Below the pieces are notes generated by a model. It saw only the letters and a program-made list of their open reading frames with translations. It made no database searches and was not told the origin of the DNA. From positions 1-64,000 of the IMG/VR virus record IMGVR_UViG_2645727714_000001: a stretch of 64,000 bases of DNA. The stretch is one strand, 5' to 3'. Below, in pieces: positions 37,345 through 46,977 of this stretch; positions within the stretch are counted from its first letter, which is position 1; each line of letters begins with the position of its first letter. This DNA comes from a virus. Its lineage: Duplodnaviria; Caudoviricetes. The position numbers and the translations under genes were made by a program.

Positions 37345-38196
37345 TCAGATCCAAGCGTCGCGCCAGGTCACGGTCATCACGGCGGTGCCATCACTGGCTC
37401 CGTCCAGGCGCAGTGAGTTCTCGCCCGGGGACAGCACCCACCACCCGGACAGCGGGCTGGCCGCGCGGAATGCCCCGTTGTAGGTGGCCTGGCGCAGGTC
37501 CAGGTCCAGCACCAGCACGTCCCCGGCAACCAGCTCCAGCCCGGGGAAGCTCACCTGCGCCCCGCTGCCCAGATGGGTGATGGCCGGCGAGGCGATGGCA
37601 CCGGTCAGCGTGACCACCGGCCGGCTCTCGAACGTGCCCGCGTTGACCACCGTCACCGAACCGCCAGGCGGGGCCTCGGCGAAGGTGAACGGCGGCGTGA
37701 TTGGCAGCGAGATGCCCGCCGCGGAGACTGTGTTGACCGCGGGGATGGACGTCTCGTGCAGCTCGGCGCCGTACCAGCGCGGGTCCGGCGCCACCAGGCC
37801 GATCTCGAAGTCGGCCGAGGTCAGCGTCGGGCAGACCTCGGCCAGCGAGCCCGAGCGGCGCACCTGGCACTGCTTGGGCACCGGCTCGTCGTACCGCAGC
37901 GTGGTCAGCGCGTTGACCGGGACCGCCCCGCGCATCCGGGCCCGCGCGGCGTCCCGCGCGGACTGCGAGGGGGCGTCAGCGCTCACCCGCAGCGTCAGCG
38001 TGCGCGGGGCGTAGTACTGCGGCCCGGCCCACCCGCCGTGGTCCCCGGAGCGCTGCGCCACCGTGCCCGCGGTCGCCGGCCCGTCCCAGGCGTTGAGCCC
38101 CTGCCAGGTCCAGGCCACCCCGGCCTCGTCCACGAGCCCGAACTCCAGCGCGCCCAGCGCCCCGGTCCAGTAGCCGCACCCTGCCTGCGCCGACAT
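37345..38196 (-). CDS. Distal tail (Dit) protein
   Basis: APDPRWY, VNAGTFES.P, WW.LSPGEN, WRDAW; follows the tape measure gene. Confidence 0.8.
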   Translation of the reverse strand: MSAQAGCGYWTGALGALEFGLVDEAGVAWTWQGLNAWDGPATAGTVAQRSGDHGGWAGPQYYAPRTLTLRVSADAPSQSARDAARARMRGAVPVNALTTLRYDEPVPKQCQVRRSGSLAEVCPTLTSADFEIGLVAPDPRWYGAELHETSIPAVNTVSAAGISLPITPPFTFAEAPPGGSVTVVNAGTFESRPVVTLTGAIASPAITHLGSGAQVSFPGLELVAGDVLVLDLDLRQATYNGAFRAASPLSGWWVLSPGENSLRLDGASDGTAVMTVTWRDAWI

Positions 38197-41100
38197 CAGG
38201 CCACCGCCAGGGCCAGCTTGCGCTGCATCTCCGCCAGCATCTCCGGCGTCGACATCGAGCGGTCCAGGTGGAAGTGATTCGTGATCGTCTTCCCGCCGCC
38301 GGCTTCGTGGTTGGGGGTCACCCGGGCGCGGGGCGCCCCGCGGCCGAGCAGCATCAGCTCCGGCCCGTCCTCGCCGACCCAGAACGGCACCCCGTGCGGG
38401 GGCAGGCCACCCCGCGCGTAGCCGCCTGGCCGGGCCCACGCCGACAGCGAGCCGTAGCGGGCGAGCGTGTAGCGGATCGAGGCGTAGATGTTGGCTAGCG
38501 GGTCCGTGCTCACGCCGTACAGGAACGGCCCCTTGTCGCGGAACTGGCCGGCATACGCCTCGAAGGTCGAGCGGATGAGCTGCATCGGGCCAACGCTGGG
38601 GTGCCCCTGCTGCCAGTTGATGTCCCAGCGGTTGACCGCCTGGGTGTTGCCGCCGGACTCCTGGTTCATGCGCTGCAGCAGCAACGTGATCCAGCTTGCA
38701 GGCTGCCCGGCCAGCGAGAGCGCCTGGAGCGCGACTCCGCGCCACTGCTCCGCGCCGCCGCCCGGCCCGGGTCCGACGGACTCGCCCTCCTTGCCGCGGA
38801 CCCACTCCAGCAGCTTGTCGAAGGGCGACTGGACGAGCCGGCCCAGCGCGCCCTTCAGGTCGGTGCCGGTGCCCAGCGTGGCGTTGATCGCCGCGCGCAG
38901 CGGGGACAGCGCAAGCTCGAACCCGCGGGCGATGCCCTCCCGGGCCAGGTCCTCGACCTTGTCCACCACCCGGCCGCCGGTGGCGTCCCAGGCTGCGCCC
39001 AGCCCGCCGGTGATGGCCCCGCCGATGCCCATGGCTGCCCCGCGCGCCTGCCCGCCGCCGCCGAACAGGCGCCGCAGCGCGAACATCGCCTTGTGGCCGC
39101 CGGCGTTCGCCACCTCCTGGGCGGTCCAGACGTGCTCATTGAACATCAGGCGCCGCAGCACGCTGTCCTTGCCCGGAGTCCCCTCCAGGATCGGCCCGCC
39201 GCGCGCTAGGCCCGGCACCTTCAGCTCCGGCATGTCCGGCACCCCGGGGATGCGCCCGACGATGTTGTTCCATGCCTTGCGGATGCCCGAGTTGTAGACC
39301 GTGTTCACGACGAAGCGCACCGGTGCGGCGGCGACCTCGCGCAGCCCGTCCCAGATCGTGCGGATGCCCCCCACGGTGGTCGAGAAGATCGTCTTGATGC
39401 CGCCGAGCGCCGTGCCCACCGCGCCGGAGACCAGACCGAAGATTCGTGTCGTGGTCGCCCTGATCGCGTCGAGGGCGCCGGACCAGTCGCCGCGGAAGAT
39501 CGCTGACCAGAACGAGAACAGGCCGCGGATCACCTCGAATCCGACCCGGAAGGGCAGGGTGAACCACGTCCACCAGACCTTGACGTTCGTCAAGATCGCG
39601 CCGAGCCCGATGTCGATTGCGCCACGCCAGATGGCCAGGCCGCCCCGCACGATCGACGAGACGAAGTCGAAGCTGCCCCGCCAGATCCCGACGAAGAAGC
39701 CGCCGAACGCAGCCGCCGCCGAGCCGACGGCGCGGAACACGCCCATGGTGTCCGACCCGAAGCCGACGAACCAGCGGCCCACGGCCTGCGCGGTATTACC
39801 CACCCAGCGCAAGGCGCCGTCGACGATCCGGCGGAAGGACTCGCTGTGGGTATAGGCGTACGCGAACGCGGCGGCCAGAGCGATGATCGTCGTGATGACG
39901 ATGCCGATGACGTTGGCACGCATCGCCGCGTTCACGCCCATGATCCCGCCGCGCATCAGCGCCAGCCCGCCGGTCACCGCCCGGGTGGCCGCGCCCATCA
40001 GCAGGGTGCGGGTCTGCCAGATCCACTGCGCGGTCGTCACCGCGGTGACCGCCCCGCGGTAGGCGTACCAGGCCGCGGTCCCGGCCAGCACCGCCACCAC
40101 GAGCGTGTTGATCAAGGTTCGGTTGCGCTCGTAGATGCCGAGCGCCCCGCTCACCACCGCGACCACCGCGGCGATCGTCACCTTGATCGGCGCCATCGCG
40201 TGTGAGGCGCCCGCGAACACCGGCGAGATCCCGTTGCCGAAGCGGATCAGCGCAGGCACCGCCGTGCCGCCGAGGTAGTCGATCAGGTCGGCCTTGATCG
40301 TCCGGATGAAGCCGGACAGCCGCTGCTGCGGAGTGGAGTAAAGAGCCTCCCCGGCCCGCGCCGTCGAGCCGGCCAGGTTGGCCACCCCAGTAGCGCTAGT
40401 GGACATCGCGGCCATCACCTTCGGCCCGAGGTCCTCGGCCTGGGTCCCGAAGAGGTCCACCAGCGCGGTGTTGTAGGCCACCGGATCCTTGATCCCGCCC
40501 AGGGCCTTCGCCGTCTCGGAGAAGGCGTCCCGCGCGGAGGCGCCCCCGGCCGCGATGCGCCGCGCCATCGTGTCCGCGTCCAGCCCGGCCAGCCGGAACC
40601 CCTCGGCGGAGGTCTCCGACCCGTCGATGGCCCGGATGGAGAACTCCTTGAGCGCGTCCGCGGCGATGTCGCTGTTGTGGGCCCCGGCGGCCATCGCCGC
40701 GTCGATCAGTGAGAGCGACTGCGGGCCCGTCAGCCCGAGCTTGACGAACTGCCCGCTGTACTCGTTGAGCGTGTCGATCCAGTCGTCGCCGAGGTTCAGC
40801 CCGGACTGGAAGCCCGTGGTGATCACGTCGAAGGCGGATGTCATGTCCGGTACCAGGCCGGACTTGACCATGGTCGAGGCCGCCCGCAGGGTCTCGGGCA
40901 CCTCGACGCCGAAGACGTCGCGGATGGTCAGCGCGCCCTGGGTGGCCTTGCCCAGTTCGGCCTTCGAGACGGCACCGAACCCGCCCATGGACTGGGCGAT
41001 CTGGCCGACCGTGTTCTGGACGTCGGCCAGGGACTCACCGAAGTTGTTCCTGAAGACCTGCTGGGCCACGGACCCGGCGGCCTGAGCCTCCTTGGCGGTG

Positions 41101-41450
41101 GCGCCGAAGGCGGCCTGAAGCTGGGCCTGGCCGGTGGTGGCCGAGTCGAAGGCGCTCTTGAGGGTGGCGCCCACCACGCCGGCGATCACCGTGCCCATGC
41201 CGACCAGGCCGACCTTCAGCCCGGCGGTGAGCCGCTGGCCGATCCGCCGTCCACCGCCCTCGCCCTCGGCCTCACCCTGGCGGCCGGCGTCGCGGACCTG
41301 GCGCCGCACCTCGCCCGGGTCCACCTGCACCGGGATGCGCACCGGCTCCATGCGCCCGAGCCGGGACGACAGCTCCCGGGCGAAGCCGCCCGTCTCGGGC
41401 AGGACCGTGACGTGCCCACGAGCGATCTCGAAGCCGGCGGCAGTGGACAC
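38196..41450 (-). CDS. Tape measure protein with C-terminal lytic transglycosylase domain
   Basis: 1084 aa Ala/Gly-rich; DTLNEYS, ADALKEFSIR, LFGTQAEDL; QESGGN..A.N.WD.N...G.PS.G.MQ, DPLANIYA. Confidence 0.93.
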   Translation of the reverse strand: MSTAAGFEIARGHVTVLPETGGFARELSSRLGRMEPVRIPVQVDPGEVRRQVRDAGRQGEAEGEGGGRRIGQRLTAGLKVGLVGMGTVIAGVVGATLKSAFDSATTGQAQLQAAFGATAKEAQAAGSVAQQVFRNNFGESLADVQNTVGQIAQSMGGFGAVSKAELGKATQGALTIRDVFGVEVPETLRAASTMVKSGLVPDMTSAFDVITTGFQSGLNLGDDWIDTLNEYSGQFVKLGLTGPQSLSLIDAAMAAGAHNSDIAADALKEFSIRAIDGSETSAEGFRLAGLDADTMARRIAAGGASARDAFSETAKALGGIKDPVAYNTALVDLFGTQAEDLGPKVMAAMSTSATGVANLAGSTARAGEALYSTPQQRLSGFIRTIKADLIDYLGGTAVPALIRFGNGISPVFAGASHAMAPIKVTIAAVVAVVSGALGIYERNRTLINTLVVAVLAGTAAWYAYRGAVTAVTTAQWIWQTRTLLMGAATRAVTGGLALMRGGIMGVNAAMRANVIGIVITTIIALAAAFAYAYTHSESFRRIVDGALRWVGNTAQAVGRWFVGFGSDTMGVFRAVGSAAAAFGGFFVGIWRGSFDFVSSIVRGGLAIWRGAIDIGLGAILTNVKVWWTWFTLPFRVGFEVIRGLFSFWSAIFRGDWSGALDAIRATTTRIFGLVSGAVGTALGGIKTIFSTTVGGIRTIWDGLREVAAAPVRFVVNTVYNSGIRKAWNNIVGRIPGVPDMPELKVPGLARGGPILEGTPGKDSVLRRLMFNEHVWTAQEVANAGGHKAMFALRRLFGGGGQARGAAMGIGGAITGGLGAAWDATGGRVVDKVEDLAREGIARGFELALSPLRAAINATLGTGTDLKGALGRLVQSPFDKLLEWVRGKEGESVGPGPGGGAEQWRGVALQALSLAGQPASWITLLLQRMNQESGGNTQAVNRWDINWQQGHPSVGPMQLIRSTFEAYAGQFRDKGPFLYGVSTDPLANIYASIRYTLARYGSLSAWARPGGYARGGLPPHGVPFWVGEDGPELMLLGRGAPRARVTPNHEAGGGKTITNHFHLDRSMSTPEMLAEMQRKLALAVA

Positions 41451-41453
41451 GCG

Positions 41454-41798
41454 CTACCCCCGGCCCCACTCGATCAGCCCGGCGAACCGGGAGGAGTGGC
41501 GCAGCTCCTCGTCGCCGACCCGCTCCGGCGCCCCGGCACTCGAGTCCGACCGGCCCGCCACCCGCGGGTCGCACGGGGAAGAGGAGTGCCGCTGGTGCTC
41601 CAGCGCGAGCTCCTCGGCGCGCATCCTCATCACTCCTCGGTAGGCCGCGAGCCGCCAGGCCAGGCGGAAGAACCGCGGCCCGGACAGCGCGTACATGTCC
41701 TCGATGCGGTGGATGGCGGAGAGATCGGACTCGATGTCGGCCAGGTGGTCCAGCACCCAGATCACCTGCTCGATGCGGGGCCGGGTCAGCCTTTTCCC
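41454..41798 (-). CDS. Tail assembly chaperone, frameshift extension (gpGT-like C-terminal part)
   Basis: -1 frame opens at slippery G GGA AAA: GKRLTRPRIEQVIWVLDHLADIESDL. Confidence 0.8.
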   Translation of the reverse strand, partial: GKRLTRPRIEQVIWVLDHLADIESDLSAIHRIEDMYALSGPRFFRLAWRLAAYRGVMRMRAEELALEHQRHSSSPCDPRVAGRSDSSAGAPERVGDEELRHSSRFAGLIEWGRG

Positions 41799-42277
41799 TG
41801 CTCCAGGCTCCCGAGGACGACCTTCTGCGCGGTGCTCAGGATCCGGTCGAGCTGCTCCTGCTTGAGCGGGTCGTGCTCCATCAGCGCGCGGTAGCCGTCC
41901 TCGCCGACCATCCGCTCCAGCAGCATCTGGTCGGCCACCCCCTCGCCGTGGTGGCGGGCCTCCCACAGGTACAGCAGGGCGACGTTGACCTTGGGCGCAT
42001 CCGGGATGGTGTAGACCTTGCCGTGTAGCCGAAACAGCTCCACCACCCCTGGCGGCGTGGTGGGCGGGGGCTCGGCGTCAAAGTCGACCACCACCCCGTT
42101 GACCGCGGCCGTCGTGGCGTTGCTCGGGCCGACCAGCGGTGCCGGGGGAGCGGACGCCGTGGCCGGCGCGGGCTGCGGCCACGGCGCCACCGGGCCCTGC
42201 GGCGGGTACGGGCTGTGCGGCGCCGCGGGCACGTGCAGGGCGTAAGGGTTCGCGCCGAGCTCGGCGGGCGCGGTCAT
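41786..42277 (-). CDS. Tail assembly chaperone (gpG-like)
   Basis: Lies between major tail and tape measure genes; ends at the slippery site. Confidence 0.82.
   Translation of the reverse strand: MTAPAELGANPYALHVPAAPHSPYPPQGPVAPWPQPAPATASAPPAPLVGPSNATTAAVNGVVVDFDAEPPPTTPPGVVELFRLHGKVYTIPDAPKVNVALLYLWEARHHGEGVADQMLLERMVGEDGYRALMEHDPLKQEQLDRILSTAQKVVLGSLEQGKG
41792..41798 (-). other. -1 programmed ribosomal frameshift site GGGAAAA
   Basis: CAG GGA AAA GGC TGA at the end of the chaperone; X XXY YYZ phase is correct. Confidence 0.85.
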
Positions 42278-42837
42278 GCGGTCGCGTCCACGATGCGGAA
42301 GGGCGGCACCGAGGCCGACACGTAGTGGGCCGCGAAGGTGACCGGCAGCAGGGTCTGGTCACCTTTCTTGTACGCCATGCCGACGTCCTCCACGGACAGC
42401 GTGCGGCGTACGAACACCCGACGCCGGTACCCCTTCGGTGCGATCCCGTCGAAGATCAGTGCCGTGTAGCTCGGCTGAGTGGCGCTGGTGTCGTTCGGCG
42501 GCGACCAGGCCGCGAAGCCGGCGCCCGTACTGGTGGCCGTGGCGTTGTTCAGCGAGGTGGCGAGGTTCTCCAGAGTGGCCTCGGCGAGGTTGGTCTTGAT
42601 CGTGGCCTCGCGCTTGGTCAGCCGGCGGCCCGGGATGTCGACGACCTGGTCCACCTCCAGCTCCGAGTAGGTCTGGGAGATCGTCATCGTGACGCCGTCC
42701 TGAGTGCCGCCGACGTCCGTCCAGCCCGACGGCGCGGGGGTGGCATTGACCTGGGTGTCGGACGGCTCGGCGGTACCGAACGCGCCTCGATAGAGGGTCC
42801 CCGGACCCTGGATCAGGTTGGAAACATCGACCGGCAC
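42274..42837 (-). CDS. Major tail (tube) protein
   Basis: NLIQGPG.LY, W.D.GGT.DGV, LAEATLENL. Confidence 0.85.
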   Translation of the reverse strand: MPVDVSNLIQGPGTLYRGAFGTAEPSDTQVNATPAPSGWTDVGGTQDGVTMTISQTYSELEVDQVVDIPGRRLTKREATIKTNLAEATLENLATSLNNATATSTGAGFAAWSPPNDTSATQPSYTALIFDGIAPKGYRRRVFVRRTLSVEDVGMAYKKGDQTLLPVTFAAHYVSASVPPFRIVDATA

Positions 42838-43001
42838 TACTCCGCCCTCCCGCTGTCCGACCCACGCCGGGCCATCTTCGGTGCCTGCTCCTCGCGTCCG
42901 TCCTCCACGAGCAGCCCCTCGTGCCGCAGCAGGCTGTACTCGGTGTCATCCACCTCGATCTCCTCGTCCGGGCGGATAGTCGTGCGCACGGTGTGGGTCA
43001 C
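42837..43001 (-). CDS. Small hypothetical protein
   Basis: AAGGAGG RBS; TAGTG coupling to major tail gene. Confidence 0.55.
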   Translation of the reverse strand: MTHTVRTTIRPDEEIEVDDTEYSLLRHEGLLVEDGREEQAPKMARRGSDSGRAE

Positions 43002-43219
43002 CGGTAGTCCTCCTTGCGCAGGGGAAAGCGAACGGCCGCCATGCCCGGGTGCACCGACAGCGGCATCGAGGTAGCGACGAGGTCCGTCGGGCAGGGCACC
43101 ACTCGGCTGGCCGGGAACAGGAACTCCAGCTCGGCCCGGTCTCCGTGCACGATCGCCCGGCCCTGGTAGCTCAGGACCTCGCCGGAGCGAGCGCCCACCA
43201 ACGCCCACAGCGCGGTCAC
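42998..43219 (-). CDS. Small hypothetical protein
   Basis: GTGA overlaps on both sides. Confidence 0.55.
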   Translation of the reverse strand: MTALWALVGARSGEVLSYQGRAIVHGDRAELEFLFPASRVVPCPTDLVATSMPLSVHPGMAAVRFPLRKEDYR

Positions 43220-43680
43220 GGCCGCACCCCCGACGCATCCGTCCAAGGCAACGCGAGGTCCAGGTCGTACCGGGCGTAACCGGCCTCGTCGTCGGGCACC
43301 CGGCGCGGCTCGGTGAGTACGTAGGCCTCCAGTACCCGGGCCCGCAGCCCGCCGACGGGCAGTTCCACCACGCGCCCGGCCGCGCCCCAGGTGCCGGCCC
43401 GCACCGCCTCGGCCAGCGAGTTGGCCTTGCCCCACGGCGGCTTGCCGCTGGTGCGCGGCGCGCACGCCCAGCAGCTCACCGCAACCACCGGCGCACGCAC
43501 GGGAAGGTGCGGGTTGGGGGAGCCGCCCACCACGGCCACCTGCACGAACCCGGTGGAAGCCCAGGCGGCGGTGTCCGTCGGCAGGGTGGTGGCCACCTGC
43601 TGTGCCGGCACCTCCGGCACGGTGCGCAGCCAGGCCACGGCCACCAGGTCGGTGGTGGCGACGACGGCCGGCGCGGTCAC
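43216..43680 (-). CDS. Tail terminator protein
   Basis: Position; VAVAWL, PPWGKA..LAE, ARY..DL. Confidence 0.72.
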   Translation of the reverse strand: MTAPAVVATTDLVAVAWLRTVPEVPAQQVATTLPTDTAAWASTGFVQVAVVGGSPNPHLPVRAPVVAVSCWACAPRTSGKPPWGKANSLAEAVRAGTWGAAGRVVELPVGGLRARVLEAYVLTEPRRVPDDEAGYARYDLDLALPWTDASGVRP

Positions 43681-43973
43681 GGGGTGCGCCGCCGCATCAG
43701 CGCTGGGCGCAGGTAGGGCTGCGCGCGCGTCCGGGACGTGCCGCGCTCCACCAGCTCGCCGTAGTCCGTGGCCCCGCGCGGGCCCACCCGCAGCTCCAGG
43801 CCGTGGGCCTCGGCGCCCAGGTCGCGGTACAGGTCCCCGGTGTCCACGGGCACCGCGCGCCGCGCGTCGGCCAGGATCGCCGGGCCCAGGGTCTGGCGGT
43901 GGAAGCGCTCGACGTTCGGGGTGAGGTCGCGCAGCCAGGTGGGGAACATCTCCACCCTCACCACGTCTGCCAT
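43677..43973 (-). CDS. HK97 gp10-like head-tail protein
   Basis: ARRAVPVDTGDL, YGELVERGTSRTRAQPYLRPAL. Confidence 0.85.
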   Translation of the reverse strand: MADVVRVEMFPTWLRDLTPNVERFHRQTLGPAILADARRAVPVDTGDLYRDLGAEAHGLELRVGPRGATDYGELVERGTSRTRAQPYLRPALMRRRTP

Positions 43974-44020
43974 CGTCCCCACCTCCTCGACGGAGGCGGC
44001 CCGCGGCGGGGGAGGCCGGT

Positions 44021-44362
44021 CTACCCGGTGGGAGTCACCCGGCGCAGGTCGCACACCACGTCAGCCGCATGCACCAGGTCAGTGGATGTGACGACGTCAA
44101 CGACTACATATCGTGTTCCAGACGCTACATCACGTATCCGATCGCCGCTAGAGAGTGAGACTCCCGGCCTAAACCTCCCCCGGGCCCGGCGCACCGTGCG
44201 CGGCTTGCCGGTGGCTCGGTCCCAGGTGGTGCGGGAGGTCTCCGTGATCACCGCCGGCAGCCCCCGATACGCCAGCACGTCCGCGTCCGCGGCGTCCCCG
44301 TAGGCGTCCGGCAACTCTCCGCGCAGCACGTCCACCCGGTGCGTGGCCACGAACGCGCTCAC
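44021..44362 (-). CDS. Head-tail joining (stopper) protein
   Basis: DAYGD, GDRIRD..SG..YVV; position. Confidence 0.72.
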   Translation of the reverse strand: MSAFVATHRVDVLRGELPDAYGDAADADVLAYRGLPAVITETSRTTWDRATGKPRTVRRARGRFRPGVSLSSGDRIRDVASGTRYVVVDVVTSTDLVHAADVVCDLRRVTPTG

Positions 44363-44811
44363 AGCGGAGTCCAGGTCTCGTCGTCGTGGTCGCGAACCTC
44401 GGTCCGCCGGGCCAGCGCGTCCCGCACGTCCGGTGGCACCTCGCCCTGGCCCTCACCAGCCACCCGCGCCGACCGCATCCGCCGCCACGACAGCCGGCGC
44501 AGCGCCCGGTCCGCCAGCGGGGCCAGTAGCCAGGCATCCGCGCTGGCCGGGGCGGCCCGCAGCCCGTCCTGGTCCAGGCTGGTCACGTCCGTGCGACTGA
44601 ACACGTCCACCTGCGAGGCCATCCACGCGGCCTGGTAGGCCACCGCCATCCGCAGGTGCCGCACGTCCCGGGGCCGCACGGCGAGATCCGCCGCCGCCTC
44701 CTCGGTGGTGCCGGAGTAGAGGTCGATCACCGCCTGCGCCTGCGTGAGTTGGCCGTCCGTCACGGTCACCCCGGTGATCTGCTCGGTGTAGCTCGCCTCG
44801 GCCCACGGCAT
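44359..44811 (-). CDS. Head-tail adaptor protein
   Basis: AVAYQAAW, LAPLA.RALRRLSW; position. Confidence 0.72.
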   Translation of the reverse strand: MPWAEASYTEQITGVTVTDGQLTQAQAVIDLYSGTTEEAAADLAVRPRDVRHLRMAVAYQAAWMASQVDVFSRTDVTSLDQDGLRAAPASADAWLLAPLADRALRRLSWRRMRSARVAGEGQGEVPPDVRDALARRTEVRDHDDETWTPL

Positions 44812-44812
44812 C

Positions 44813-45139
44813 TCAGATCACCCGCACCCGTCCGCTCGAGCGGCGCACCGGCCGCTCCTGCATGCCTCCGCTGGCCCGCACCCACACGTCATAGGTGCCG
44901 CGGGGCAGGGGCACCGCCCCCTCTGGCCCGACCAGTACCCGCGCGTGCCACAGGCCCAGGGCGCGCTCCCACTGCGCTGTCACCCACGCCTCGGGCGCTG
45001 GCACGGACCCGGGTCGGACGAACGCCAGCTCCGCGGCGATCCCGCGCGCCACCGGGTCCACGTCCACCCCGTCCGCCGTCATCACCCACGGCACCAGCAC
45101 GTATTCGAGACTGTCCGCGGCCAACTCCAGCGGCTGCAT
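44813..45139 (-). CDS. Hypothetical structural protein
   Basis: RVLVGP, L..GTYDVWV, ERPV; in late operon. Confidence 0.6.
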   Translation of the reverse strand: MQPLELAADSLEYVLVPWVMTADGVDVDPVARGIAAELAFVRPGSVPAPEAWVTAQWERALGLWHARVLVGPEGAVPLPRGTYDVWVRASGGMQERPVRRSSGRVRVI

Positions 45140-45150
45140 GCCCCCTCCGC

Positions 45151-46968
45151 TCAGGTCCACGGCGCACCCACCTGGCAGTGCGTCCAGAGCCAGCCCGTCC
45201 ACAGCTCGACGTCGCCGGTGATCTCACCCTCGGCGGCCACCAGCACGGCAACGGCTCCGGCCTCCTCCGCCAGCGCCACCGCGCCCGCGCCGGACAGCGT
45301 GTCCGCGGCGCTGGCCGGGCCGGTCAGGTCCAGACGGACGTCCAGGTCCGCCAGCACCGCGGCGCCCTCGGCCGCGTCATCGAGCGCCGCTGTGGCGCCG
45401 GCGGCCTCGCCGAACTCGACTAGGCCCGCCTCGGCGAGCGCCGCATCCACGGCCGCGCCGAGCTCCTGCCCGGCGACCCCGGCGTCGTCGAGCCCGGCGC
45501 TCGCACCTGCGGCCAGTCCGGCATCACCACCGGCCAGGTCCTCCAGCCTCACGGCCACCCCGTATGTCAGCCCGTCCGCCCCGACGCCAGCGTCGACCAG
45601 GGCCCCGGACGTCACCACCGCGAGCAGGTCCGTCCCGACCCCAGAATCGAGCAGCGAGGGCTGCCCCTCCTCCGAGACCACCAGCCCGTCCGCCCCCACG
45701 GCCCCGTCGCCGAGGCTCGCCCCGACCGAGGCAGTGGCGCTGTCCGCCCCGCTGCCCGCCTCGGGTAGCGGAGTGCCCACCGCGACGGTGAGCACCTGCG
45801 TGCCCGCGCCCCCGTCGGACAGTGCGCGGGGCTGGCCTGTCACCAGCGTGTCCGCGGCCGTCGCGGCGTCGGCGAGGCCGGGTGCCCCGGTGACGGCGAC
45901 CGTGTCCTCGGCAATGCCCGCCTGGGTGAACCCTGCGACCTCTGCCGCCCCCAGGGCCTCTTCCGCGCCGGACCCATGATCAGCCAGGGCCAGCTGCTGC
46001 CAGGCGCTGAGGACCTCGACCACGCCTGCCTGCTCGGCCAGCGACACCTGCGCGGAGGCGGCGAGCGCCTCACCGCCAGCACCGGCGTCGGGCAGGTCCG
46101 AGCCCACCTGCCGAGTAAGCGCGTCCGTGGCGGCGGTCGCGTCCACGATGCCGCCCTGGCCGGCGACCGCCACCGCCTCGACTGACTGCCCGGCCTCCGC
46201 GGCTGGCGCGGTCCCCGCGGCGCCGAGGGTCTCGGCGGCCAGGGCGGCATCGACGGGGGTCACCTGCCCGGAGGCCGACAGTTCCTCACCAACTGCCCCG
46301 GCGTCCGCGATTCCGATCGGCGTGCCCACGCGCAGCACGTCCACCGTGCCGCCGGAGTCGGAGGTACTGACGGCCTGGCCGGCCGCCGTCAGTACCTCGG
46401 CGCCGGCGGCAGTCTCGGTCAGCGCCACGACGATTCCCGCCACGTCCTGACCGTCCGTGGCCACCGCCGCATCAGTCAGCGCGCCGAGCGCCGCCGGGGG
46501 CACGAACGTCTCGGTGCCCGCGCCGGACTCGCCCAGCGCCGCCGTACCCGATGCGGTCAGCGCATCGGCACCTGCCGCGTTCTCCGTGGTACCGGACCCG
46601 GCCAGTGCGGTGAGCGCGTCGACGGCCATGCCGGCATCGGCCACGGCCGCGGGGGAAGGCTGAGCCGACAGCGCCTCCCCGCCCGCAGCGGCCTCGACCA
46701 GCCCGGCGCCGGCGGCAACGCCCGCTGCCTGGGTGCCGGTCCCGGCGTCGACGCTCGAGCAGTCCACCGCCGCGGTCAGGGCCCCTCCCGCCGTCGCGGC
46801 GTCGGCCGCGCTGGCCGTGATGTCCGCGGTCAGGACCTCGCCAGCGCTGGCCGGCTGAGACATGCCGGCGGCCACGACCACGGCCAGGACATCCGAGCCG
46901 GCACCTGTGTCCACCAGGCTCACGGCCACCTGCTGGAACTGCCAGCGCGGCATCAGCGGGAAGGGCAC
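45151..46968 (-). CDS. 18-residue repeat Ala/Asp/Gly-rich fibre-like protein
   Basis: About 30 repeats of (D/E)xxxxx(D/E)xL plus a 9-aa spacer. Confidence 0.75.
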   Translation of the reverse strand: MPFPLMPRWQFQQVAVSLVDTGAGSDVLAVVVAAGMSQPASAGEVLTADITASAADAATAGGALTAAVDCSSVDAGTGTQAAGVAAGAGLVEAAAGGEALSAQPSPAAVADAGMAVDALTALAGSGTTENAAGADALTASGTAALGESGAGTETFVPPAALGALTDAAVATDGQDVAGIVVALTETAAGAEVLTAAGQAVSTSDSGGTVDVLRVGTPIGIADAGAVGEELSASGQVTPVDAALAAETLGAAGTAPAAEAGQSVEAVAVAGQGGIVDATAATDALTRQVGSDLPDAGAGGEALAASAQVSLAEQAGVVEVLSAWQQLALADHGSGAEEALGAAEVAGFTQAGIAEDTVAVTGAPGLADAATAADTLVTGQPRALSDGGAGTQVLTVAVGTPLPEAGSGADSATASVGASLGDGAVGADGLVVSEEGQPSLLDSGVGTDLLAVVTSGALVDAGVGADGLTYGVAVRLEDLAGGDAGLAAGASAGLDDAGVAGQELGAAVDAALAEAGLVEFGEAAGATAALDDAAEGAAVLADLDVRLDLTGPASAADTLSGAGAVALAEEAGAVAVLVAAEGEITGDVELWTGWLWTHCQVGAPWT

Positions 46969-46977
46969 AGCCGGCCC

